In this document: piece by piece, positions 30,165 through 38,296 of the stretch
Numbering within the stretch: the stretch's first letter is position 1
Layout of the letters: every line of letters starts with the position of its first letter
NCBI GenBank assembly: GCA_017557605.1
Contig: JAFYYJ010000049.1
Location: forward strand, 4,664 to 68,663
Length of the DNA: 64,000 nucleotides
Source of the DNA: Salinivirgaceae bacterium
GTDB lineage: Bacteria > Bacteroidota > Bacteroidia > Bacteroidales > SZUA-534
Direction: 5' to 3'
Made by a program: the position numbers and the translations under genes
The notes under the pieces: model-generated
The model's database searches: none
What the model was told of the DNA's origin: nothing
Seen by the model: the letters and a program-made list of their open reading frames with translations, nothing else

Positions 30165-30509
30165 ATGATTCAGATAAACAACGAAATTGCAGGTTGCGCC
30201 ATAGTAACCCCAATGCCGGAAAACAACCGCCTTACGGTTACGAGCGACAATGAGATAAAGAATCAGCTGAACGAGCTTGTCGACCAGCATTATTACCTTT
30301 CAATTCTTGTCGACATGAGCAACATCGAGGTTATCGACAGTACCGGATTAGGCACATTGATAAGCATTTTCAATCACTCGCGCAACAACAACTGCAAGCT
30401 GAAATTCTTCAATCTGAGCCAGTCGGTAAACAATGTGATAACAATGACCCGCATTAATCAGATTCTTGACATTTACAGCAATTTGGACGAAGCAATTGCC
30501 TCGTTATAA
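30165..30509 (+). CDS. STAS-domain anti-sigma-factor antagonist (SpoIIAA/RsbV-like)
   Basis: 114 aa with the STAS motif (VDMSNIEVIDSTGLGTLIS), including the phosphorylatable Ser/Thr position. Confidence 0.8.
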   Translation: MIQINNEIAGCAIVTPMPENNRLTVTSDNEIKNQLNELVDQHYYLSILVDMSNIEVIDSTGLGTLISIFNHSRNNNCKLKFFNLSQSVNNVITMTRINQILDIYSNLDEAIASL

Positions 30510-30518
30510 GCTAATTAT

Positions 30519-31943
30519 ATGCCTGATAACACAATAGAACGGCTTTTTCAGGAGAGATTTGGCGAACCGTACAAAAAATGTGAGCCGCTACCCCACTCCG
30601 GCTCAAACCGGCGCTACTACCGCCTGACTGCCTCCGACGGCACAACGGTTTTAGCCGTTCACAACGATGACGCATCAGAAAACAAAGCATATTTATCTTT
30701 TACACAAACATTTACCGACTGTGGAATAAGTGTGCCAAAGGTGCTATCTCATGATGACACCTTATGCTATTATTTGGTGGAAGACATTGGCCGCGAGACA
30801 CTCTATGATTTGGTAACGGCAGCCGACGGCAATCCCGACAACGAACTTATAAAGCTGTTTTCCAAAGTTTTAGACGATTTGGCCAAAATACAGATTTCGG
30901 CCGGACAGAAAATTGATTACAGCTTATGCATAGGCTCTCAAAACTTTGACCAAACGGCCATTCAATGGGACCTTAACTACTTCAAATACTGTTATTTAAA
31001 AAACGCTCACATCAACTTCGACGAGCAAAAACTTGAAACCGACTTTGAGACAATAAAACAAGCCGTTGCCGGCACTGACAATCATTACTTTATGTTCCGT
31101 GATTTTCAATCGAGGAATATCATGCTGAAAAACGGAACACCGTATTACATTGATTTTCAAGGTGGCAAGCATGGGCCATTGGCTTACGATGTGGCTTCAC
31201 TATTATATCAGGCAAAAGCCAAACTAAGCGAGGAAACACGCAATCTATTGTTCGACAAATATTTAGATTCAATACAAAAGCTGATAGATATTGACACTGC
31301 GCAACTGAAGCGCGAATTCAAGATATTCGCACTAATAAGAACTCTGCAAGTGCTTGGCGCTTACGGATATAGAGGCTACTACGAGAAAAAACAGCATTTT
31401 ATCGAAAGCATTCCGTTTGCACTGACAAACCTTAAAAACTTACTAGCACTCAACATTTTGCCTCTACCCCATTTATGCGAGATAGCCGACAAAATTGAGA
31501 TTAAAGAACCAGAAAAAGATGACTACAACGGACTGACAGTAACCGTTGTCAGCTTCTCGTACAAAAAAGGCATTCCGACAGACGCGGAAACCGGTGGCGG
31601 CTTTGTGTTCGACTGCCGCGGGCAGCACAATCCCGGACGCTACGATGAATACAAAATGCTTACCGGCCGCGACCAGCCCGTAATAGACTTTCTGAAAGCG
31701 AACTCCACAATCGACAATTTTCTGGCGCAAGCTATTGATATTGTTACACCTACAATTGAAAAATACATAGAGCGTGGATTTACCAAACTTATGGTTTGCT
31801 TTGGTTGCACCGGTGGCCAACACCGCTCAGCATATTGTGCGCAGAACTTTGCCGAAGCAATCAGCAAAAAGCACAACATCCGCGTAAGACTCATTCATCG
31901 TGAATTGAAAATCAATCAGTTATTCACTCCTTCAATCAGTTAA
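30519..31943 (+). CDS. fusion protein: AmgK-like (APH-fold) sugar kinase N-domain plus RapZ C-terminal-like domain
   Basis: 474 aa. The N-half has APH/AmgK motifs (FRDFQSRNIML, YYIDFQGGKHGPLAYDVASLL). The C-half matches the RapZ C-domain pattern (VVSFSYKKGIP....FVFDCRG.HNPGR....LTGRD..V..FL....CFGCTGGQHRS). Confidence 0.7.
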   Translation: MPDNTIERLFQERFGEPYKKCEPLPHSGSNRRYYRLTASDGTTVLAVHNDDASENKAYLSFTQTFTDCGISVPKVLSHDDTLCYYLVEDIGRETLYDLVTAADGNPDNELIKLFSKVLDDLAKIQISAGQKIDYSLCIGSQNFDQTAIQWDLNYFKYCYLKNAHINFDEQKLETDFETIKQAVAGTDNHYFMFRDFQSRNIMLKNGTPYYIDFQGGKHGPLAYDVASLLYQAKAKLSEETRNLLFDKYLDSIQKLIDIDTAQLKREFKIFALIRTLQVLGAYGYRGYYEKKQHFIESIPFALTNLKNLLALNILPLPHLCEIADKIEIKEPEKDDYNGLTVTVVSFSYKKGIPTDAETGGGFVFDCRGQHNPGRYDEYKMLTGRDQPVIDFLKANSTIDNFLAQAIDIVTPTIEKYIERGFTKLMVCFGCTGGQHRSAYCAQNFAEAISKKHNIRVRLIHRELKINQLFTPSIS

Positions 31944-31954
31944 TCAATCTGTCA

Positions 31955-32674
31955 ATGGAAGCCATGATATTTGCCGCCGGACTGGGCACACGCCTGCGGC
32001 CGCTGACAAACGACAAGCCGAAAGCCTTGGTTGAAGTATGCGGAAAAACACTTCTACAGCATAGTATTGAAATGCTGATTAAGAACGGTGTCACGCATAT
32101 TGTAATCAATGTGCACCACTTTGCCGATATGATGAAAAACTACATTTCAAATCTGAAATACGACATCGATATTCAGATTTCAGATGAAAGCGATTTGTTA
32201 CTGGACACGGGCGGCGGACTGAAAAAAGCCATTGGTTTGTTTAGTGGCAAAGCTCCAATTATGATAACAAACGTCGATATTCTGACAAACATCGACTTGC
32301 AAAAAATGCTGCGCCGACACATCGAGTCGAAAGCAGACGCGACACTGGCTGTAAGGGAACGAAAAAGCTCACGTTATCTTTTGTTTGACAACAACTTACA
32401 ATTGAAAGGCTGGCAGAATACCAAGACATGCGAAGCCATATACGTAGCGGAAAAATCGGGGCTTTCGCAGTATGCTTTCAGCGGCATTCACATCATTTCG
32501 CCAAATATTATTGATAAATTTCCCAGTGACGATGTCTTCCCAATTATTCCACATTATTTGAAACTTGCAGCCACCCACAAAATTATCGGCTATCCGCATC
32601 AAAGCGACTATTGGTTCGATGCTGGCTCGGTTGAGAAGATTGCCGAAGCCGAAGCGTTTCTGAAAAACAATTAG
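31955..32674 (+). CDS. sugar-1-phosphate nucleotidyltransferase, MurU-like (MurNAc-1-P uridylyltransferase family)
   Basis: 239 aa with the NTP_transferase N-motif (MIFAAGLGTRLRPLTNDKPKALV). It lies 11 nt after the AmgK-like gene. Confidence 0.75.
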   Translation: MEAMIFAAGLGTRLRPLTNDKPKALVEVCGKTLLQHSIEMLIKNGVTHIVINVHHFADMMKNYISNLKYDIDIQISDESDLLLDTGGGLKKAIGLFSGKAPIMITNVDILTNIDLQKMLRRHIESKADATLAVRERKSSRYLLFDNNLQLKGWQNTKTCEAIYVAEKSGLSQYAFSGIHIISPNIIDKFPSDDVFPIIPHYLKLAATHKIIGYPHQSDYWFDAGSVEKIAEAEAFLKNN

Positions 32675-32722
32675 CACAAAAAAGAAAAATCGCTCCAAAC
32701 GAACAACTTTACCTACAATAAT

Positions 32723-32730
32723 TATCTTTG
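32723..32730 (+). promoter_or_regulatory. candidate -7 promoter element (TAnnTTTG)
   Basis: TATCTTTG lies 49 nt upstream of the ATG at 32779. Confidence 0.35.
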
Positions 32731-32778
32731 TCGGAAAGCATTTACAAACAGTAATTTACACTGCAAAAACTTCACAAT

Positions 32779-33984
32779 ATGAAAGATTTCAAGTACTACG
32801 CGCCAACCGAGGTAATCTTCGGTCGCGATTCGGAAAGCCAAATAGCCGCAATGGTTCAAAAATACGGCGGCAAAAAAGTGCTCTTCCACTACGGCGGACA
32901 AAGCGCCGAACGGTCTGGATTGCTTAATGTTGTACGCAAAAGCCTTGATTCTGTTGGAATTAAATACGTCGAATTGGGCGGTGTGGTGCCCAATCCGCGC
33001 CTGTCGCTCGTACGCAAAGGCATCGAACTTTGCAAGGCTGAGAATGTCGATTTTTTGCTTGCCGTAGGCGGCGGTTCCGTCATCGACTCTGTCAAAGCCA
33101 TTGGCTATGGTCTTGATTATAAAGGCGATGTATGGGATTTGTTCATCGGCAAAGGCGAAGCTGACACATGCCGCCCGCTAGGCGTGGTGCTTACAATTCC
33201 TGCCGCAGGTTCAGAGATGAGCGAAGGCTGCGTCATTACCAAAGAAGCTGAACAAGAGCCAGTTACATCAACCGATATGAAACGCTCGTACGATGTCGAT
33301 TTATGCCGTCCGCGCTTCGCAATAATGAATCCTGAACGCACATTGACTTTGCCTCCATACCAAACAGCTTGCGGAGTCACCGACATAATGATGCACACTA
33401 TGGAACGCTACTTCTCGCACGATGATGATATGCTTATTACCGATGCGGTTGCCGAATCAATTTTGAAAACCGTTCGGCAATGCGGACCTAAAGTCCTGGC
33501 TGACCCTTCAAATTATCACCTGCGCGCACAAATTATGTGGGCCGGTTCCATTGCGCACAATGGTCTGACTGGCTGCGGCACAACGGGCGACTGGGCGACA
33601 CACTGCATCGAGCACGAACTGTCGGCATTGTACAATGTAGCGCACGGAGCCGGACTGGCCGCCATTTGGCCGCATTGGGCAGAATATGTACTAGACGAGA
33701 ATCCGACACGTTTCGCGCAATTTGCTGTAAATGTGCTTGATGTACCCAACAATTTCCGTTCGGCAAAAGAGACAGCCATTGAAGGCATTGCCGCTATGAA
33801 GCAATTCTACCACAGCATTGGTATGCCAACATCTATTCAGGAACTGATAGGGCGAAAAGCAACAGAAGAGGAAATGCAGCTAATGGCCGACAAATGCTCA
33901 ATTGGAAAGACATCCACTGTGGGCAATCTCAAAAAACTGGCATACAACGATATACTGAAAATATATCAGTTGGCTAACAGATAA
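32779..33984 (+). CDS. iron-containing (group III) alcohol dehydrogenase, butanol-dehydrogenase-like
   Basis: 401 aa with the Fe-ADH motifs AVGGGSVIDSVKAI and metal-binding His residues (H..EH.LSALY.VAHGAGLA). Confidence 0.9.
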   Translation: MKDFKYYAPTEVIFGRDSESQIAAMVQKYGGKKVLFHYGGQSAERSGLLNVVRKSLDSVGIKYVELGGVVPNPRLSLVRKGIELCKAENVDFLLAVGGGSVIDSVKAIGYGLDYKGDVWDLFIGKGEADTCRPLGVVLTIPAAGSEMSEGCVITKEAEQEPVTSTDMKRSYDVDLCRPRFAIMNPERTLTLPPYQTACGVTDIMMHTMERYFSHDDDMLITDAVAESILKTVRQCGPKVLADPSNYHLRAQIMWAGSIAHNGLTGCGTTGDWATHCIEHELSALYNVAHGAGLAAIWPHWAEYVLDENPTRFAQFAVNVLDVPNNFRSAKETAIEGIAAMKQFYHSIGMPTSIQELIGRKATEEEMQLMADKCSIGKTSTVGNLKKLAYNDILKIYQLANR

Positions 33985-34006
33985 CACCAACTTAAAACAG
34001 AAAGAG

Positions 34007-34034
34007 AACGCGGTCGAATGGCCGCGTTTTTTTT
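34007..34034 (+). terminator. rho-independent terminator after the adh gene
   Basis: Hairpin aacgcggtc-gaat-ggccgcgtt followed by a T8 run. Confidence 0.55.
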
Positions 34035-34109
34035 GTTTGCGAAGGTTACGCCCCCGCATTTTGGCGCAGATTTTGCTTCAAGCCGCTCGAATTTTTAAAA
34101 CAACATTAT

Positions 34110-36149
34110 ATGAAACAGAAAAAGCGATGTCTCGGACAGAGACTTGTCCATTTCTCGCAATGGACGCGAAAGCCGTATGCCACTTTTTGCAGCATCGGCA
34201 AAGTGATTAAAATCTGCGTTTTGGTTGACACACTGACAGTTGTGGCCACGCAGGCAAAGTGCGAATCGTTGATTGACACGGCGCAGGTAAGCAGTCATAT
34301 CGACATTGACGAAGTGATTGTGGCCACCGACCGAACGCCCGTAACCTTCACACAAATGGTGCTGCAGCCAACCGTTATCAGCACACGCCAGCTCGACGCC
34401 GCCCCCCAGCAGAGCCTAACCGATTTCCTTGAGTACATTCCCTCCTTAGACATCAGGCAGCGCGGAACAAACGATGTGCAGGCCGACCTTTCAATCCGCG
34501 GTGGTTCAACCGACCAGAACGCAATCATAATCAACAAAATAAACTTCAGCGACCCGCAAACGGGACACAACAATTTCGCCTTGCCAATCGACCTTGGCAA
34601 CACGCAGAAAATTGAGATTGTAAGCGGTGCGCAAAGTCGAATCTTAGGCACCAACGCTCTCAACGGCGCCGTTTGCTTCAGCACACCGTCCGACACCGCC
34701 AACTCCGCCATTGCAAGGCTCACCATTGGCGACTACGGGTTATACAAAATATCAGCGGCCACAAACTTGACATTCAATAGGTTGAGCAATTTTGCCGCTG
34801 TCGCGAAATCGCACTCCAACGGCTACACCGACAACACCGATTTCGACATTCAAACCGTCTATTACAGAGGCGTTTATAAAGCCAAAAACATCAGCCTTAA
34901 CGCTCAATTCGGCCTGACCGACAAGAAATTCGGCAGCAACGGCTTTTACACGCTCTCCTATCCTACTCAGTATGAAGAAAATATGCTGACAATCGGCAGC
35001 ATCGGTATAGAAACCGGACAACGGGTGAAAGTTGCCGCAAACGTGTATGGCCGCCGCCTGCGCGACTATTACGTGCTTGTGCGCGACAATCCGAACATCT
35101 ACCAAAACCACCACCTTACCGATGTCTTGGGCGCAAATCTGGCACTTGAGACTAGCAGCTGCATTGGCCGCACAACGCTGAACGCCGAGTACCGCAACGA
35201 GCGCATCAGCAGCAACCGACTTGGCAACATCGATGCAAGCCGCAGCCGACGCGCCCGAACATCGGACTCAATTCGTTACGACCATTTTTACGAGCGCGGC
35301 TATCTAACTGTCGCACTGAACAATAAATACACAGCCAACAAGTTCTCGATGTCAGTTGGTGCGGCCATTCTGCAACACAAAGGCACCGAAATCTATCCGG
35401 GCATCGACCTGAGCTACGCTGTCGGCAACAACCTACGGCTCTATGCTGCGGCCAACCGTTCGTTCCGCCTGCCGACATTCACCGACCTGTTCTATAACGA
35501 CCCGAAACACAAGCAAAATCCTAACCTAAAAGCCGAAAAAGCAACCACTTACGAGTTCGGACTCAGGGCGAAAAAGTCGATTTTCGAGATGAGCGGCAAC
35601 ATCTATTTCCGCCACGGCAAAAATATCATCGACTGGGCTCGCACATCGAGCATCGAACTATATGAGGCACAGAACATTACCGAGTTAAACACTTTAGGGC
35701 AGGAAGTGCAAATTATTGCACGGCCAGCGGAAATCGCTAAAAGCAAATGGCTGACTGTCAATTCGGTGGAATGCGGTTACTCGCACATCGATGTCTCGAA
35801 AACAGCAAGCGGCTACGAGTCGCTCTACGCAATGGACCAACTGAAGCACAAATTCACAGCGGCAATAAACCTGCAATCAGATGACCGACTGAAAGTTGAC
35901 ATACGCGTCGTGTATCAGAAACGCAACGGCAACTACGACTCAGCCAACGCCGACGGAACTGTCGAAACGCACCCTTACAACGGCTTCTGGACGTTTGACG
36001 CCGGCGCATCGTACAAAATTAAATGGCTGTCGGTGTTTGCCGAAGCTACGAATATTGGCAACAGCAAATGCTTCGATTTCAGCGGTTTGCAACTGCCAGG
36101 ACGATGGATTAAAGGCGGTGTGAAAATCAGCATCGAAGAACTTCGATAA
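34110..36149 (+). CDS. TonB-dependent receptor (small, about 680 aa, BtuB/CirA-size class)
   Basis: It has a plug domain (DEVIVATDR, LTDFLEYIPSLDIRQRG...DLSIRGGSTDQ), a 22-strand-like barrel and a C-terminal aromatic region. The N-terminal 30 aa are atypical, so the start is uncertain. Confidence 0.85.
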   Translation: MKQKKRCLGQRLVHFSQWTRKPYATFCSIGKVIKICVLVDTLTVVATQAKCESLIDTAQVSSHIDIDEVIVATDRTPVTFTQMVLQPTVISTRQLDAAPQQSLTDFLEYIPSLDIRQRGTNDVQADLSIRGGSTDQNAIIINKINFSDPQTGHNNFALPIDLGNTQKIEIVSGAQSRILGTNALNGAVCFSTPSDTANSAIARLTIGDYGLYKISAATNLTFNRLSNFAAVAKSHSNGYTDNTDFDIQTVYYRGVYKAKNISLNAQFGLTDKKFGSNGFYTLSYPTQYEENMLTIGSIGIETGQRVKVAANVYGRRLRDYYVLVRDNPNIYQNHHLTDVLGANLALETSSCIGRTTLNAEYRNERISSNRLGNIDASRSRRARTSDSIRYDHFYERGYLTVALNNKYTANKFSMSVGAAILQHKGTEIYPGIDLSYAVGNNLRLYAAANRSFRLPTFTDLFYNDPKHKQNPNLKAEKATTYEFGLRAKKSIFEMSGNIYFRHGKNIIDWARTSSIELYEAQNITELNTLGQEVQIIARPAEIAKSKWLTVNSVECGYSHIDVSKTASGYESLYAMDQLKHKFTAAINLQSDDRLKVDIRVVYQKRNGNYDSANADGTVETHPYNGFWTFDAGASYKIKWLSVFAEATNIGNSKCFDFSGLQLPGRWIKGGVKISIEELR

Positions 36150-36226
36150 TAAAATTGTGTCCGGCTATCCGTTTTTCTCGAAATTCTTGCTGATATTTGG
36201 AATTATTTAACGAACACAATGTGAAT

Positions 36227-38236
36227 ATGAAACTACTAAGACAAAGCATTTTAGCAATCGCCACACTGTTGGTTTGCTCAGCCAGCGCACAGATACAGAA
36301 CCCTGTCAAATGGGATATCAGCAGCCAGAAGACTGGTGAAAACGAGTATCAAATCAACTTTAAAGCGAAAATCGACGCCAACTGGCACATCTTTGCGCAA
36401 TATCTGCCCAAAGGCAATTACTCGCTGCCAACAAGTTTCACATTCGAGAAACTGACTGATGTTGAGTTGGTTGACACTGTTCGTGAATTGTCGAAAGTGA
36501 CTGAAGAGAAAGACGAATATGCCGGCGCAATTGTGCGTTTCTTCGTCAACGAAGCCGTTTTTGCGCAGACGGTCAAAGTAACCGGCCCCGCTCCCGTTGT
36601 AAGCGGCAAAATTGAGTACCAGACTTGCTCCGACGAACAATGCGTAATGGGCGACAAAGAGTTCAATCTGTCGCTATTGGATGGCGGGCAAAGTGCGGTT
36701 CCTGCACCAACCGAGTCTTCTGATGGCGCAAAATTAACTGAAAGTGAACCTGTTGTGCACACTGCCAACTCAAACTCTATCTGGAAGGTGATTCTTGAAG
36801 CCATTCTGTGGGGATTTGCGGCATTGCTCACACCTTGCGTCTTCCCGATGGTGCCGATGACGGTGTCGTTCTTTCTGAAAAACGAACAGAACAAAGGCCG
36901 TTCAAAGTCGATGGCGTCAGCATTCGGGCTGTCGATAGTGGCACTCTACACCATTCCAATCGCAATCATAATTGTTGCCACATATCTGATTGGCGGGCAA
37001 TCAGTTACAGCTGACATCTTCAACTGGCTGTCGACTCACTGGCTGCCTAACGTGCTGTTTTTCATCATTTTTATGGTGTTTGCAGCATCGTTTCTGGGCG
37101 CGTTTGAGATTGTTCTGCCCAGCTCGCTAATCAACAAAGCCGATTCAAAATCGAACAACGGCGGACTTGTGGGCGTGCTTTTTATGGCTCTGACACTGGT
37201 TTTGGTGTCGTTCTCGTGCACCGGCCCCATTGTGGGAACAATCCTTGTGAAATCAACTCAAGGCGACATTTGGGAACCGATTATCACAATGCTGGCCTTC
37301 TCGGCGGCTTTCGCGCTACCGTTCACTCTGCTGGCGTTCTTCCCTTCGTGGCTGACAAAACTGCCCAAATCAGGCAGTTGGCTCAACACCGTGAAGGTTA
37401 CACTCGGTTTCATTGAAATTGCGCTTGGCTTGAAATTCCTGAGCGTGGCCGACCAAACCTACCACTGGGGCATCTTGGACCGCGAAGTTTATCTTGCAAT
37501 TTGGATTGCCGATTTCGCTCTGTTGGCGCTGTTTCTACTCGGAAAACTGCAGATTGGCGAGACAAAAAACGACCCGCCGAAAGTGTTCCGTTTGCTGCTC
37601 GGCCTGCTCACATCGGCATTTACAATCTACCTGATTCCCGGAATGTGGGGTGCGCCGCTAAAAGCCCTTTCGGGATATCTGCCGCCGCAGACAACAATTG
37701 ACTTCGACCTTTCGGCAAAAACCACTGCTGCCGCAGACGATTATGAATCAGCATTATGCGAGACTCCCAAATATGCCGACCTGCTGCATCTTCCGCACGG
37801 ACTGCAAGGTTATTTTGATTATAACCAAGCACTTGAGTGTGCCAAAGAGCAAGGCAAACCGCTGTTTATCGACTTCACCGGCCACGGCTGCGTCAACTGC
37901 CGCGAAATGGAAGCCCGCGTATGGTCCGATGCCGAAGTGCTCGACCGCCTGCGCAACAATTTTGTTGTTGTGGCGCTTTATGTCGATGACAAGACTACAC
38001 TGCCCGAAAGCGAATGGGTGACATCGGACTATGACGGAAAAGTGAAGAAAAGCATCGGCAAGGTGAACGCCGATTTTCAAATCAGCCGCTTCAAAATCAA
38101 CGCACAGCCATACTACTGCCTGCTCGACACCGATGGCAACCTGCTCACCGACCCAATGGGTTACAATCTGAATGTCAACGAGTTTGTAGAGTTTTTGGAT
38201 AAGGGAATTGATGAATTCAAAAAATTATCGGAATAA
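36227..38236 (+). CDS. dsbD: thiol:disulfide interchange protein DsbD-like (N-domain, CcdA-type TM domain, C-terminal thioredoxin)
   Basis: ATG 36227 yields signal peptide MKLLRQSILAIATLLVCSASAQ; the track start at 36197 is TTG. It has TM Cys motifs (LLTPCVFPM, SFSCTGP) and a thioredoxin CxxC (GHGCVNC). Confidence 0.85.
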   Translation: MKLLRQSILAIATLLVCSASAQIQNPVKWDISSQKTGENEYQINFKAKIDANWHIFAQYLPKGNYSLPTSFTFEKLTDVELVDTVRELSKVTEEKDEYAGAIVRFFVNEAVFAQTVKVTGPAPVVSGKIEYQTCSDEQCVMGDKEFNLSLLDGGQSAVPAPTESSDGAKLTESEPVVHTANSNSIWKVILEAILWGFAALLTPCVFPMVPMTVSFFLKNEQNKGRSKSMASAFGLSIVALYTIPIAIIIVATYLIGGQSVTADIFNWLSTHWLPNVLFFIIFMVFAASFLGAFEIVLPSSLINKADSKSNNGGLVGVLFMALTLVLVSFSCTGPIVGTILVKSTQGDIWEPIITMLAFSAAFALPFTLLAFFPSWLTKLPKSGSWLNTVKVTLGFIEIALGLKFLSVADQTYHWGILDREVYLAIWIADFALLALFLLGKLQIGETKNDPPKVFRLLLGLLTSAFTIYLIPGMWGAPLKALSGYLPPQTTIDFDLSAKTTAAADDYESALCETPKYADLLHLPHGLQGYFDYNQALECAKEQGKPLFIDFTGHGCVNCREMEARVWSDAEVLDRLRNNFVVVALYVDDKTTLPESEWVTSDYDGKVKKSIGKVNADFQISRFKINAQPYYCLLDTDGNLLTDPMGYNLNVNEFVEFLDKGIDEFKKLSE

Positions 38237-38296
38237 AAAACGAAACAAGATTTTGCAAAACGGATTTTGCTAAATTAGTCGAGATAAAAACTGAGT

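Noticed and set aside
33990-34260. Possible cobalamin-type riboswitch upstream of or overlapping the start of the small TonB-dependent receptor (words such as agagaacgcggtcgaatggcc, gcccccgc and gccact).
   Set aside because: The first element is better explained as the adh terminator hairpin plus T-run. I cannot assemble the conserved B12-box/GGTGAAAATCC core or a convincing multi-stem fold. A Rfam/Infernal scan (RF00174) would be needed, and a hit above threshold would overturn this rejection.
36197-36226. Extended N-termini suggested by the ORF track (36197 TTG for dsbD, 44919 for malQ, 59345 GTG, 58096 TTG, 55040, 51385 TTG, 13301 GTG).
   Set aside because: These starts are non-ATG codons or overlap the upstream gene. 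In-frame ATGs slightly downstream give proper signal peptides, conserved N-termini or compact non-overlapping spacing, so the shorter models were used.
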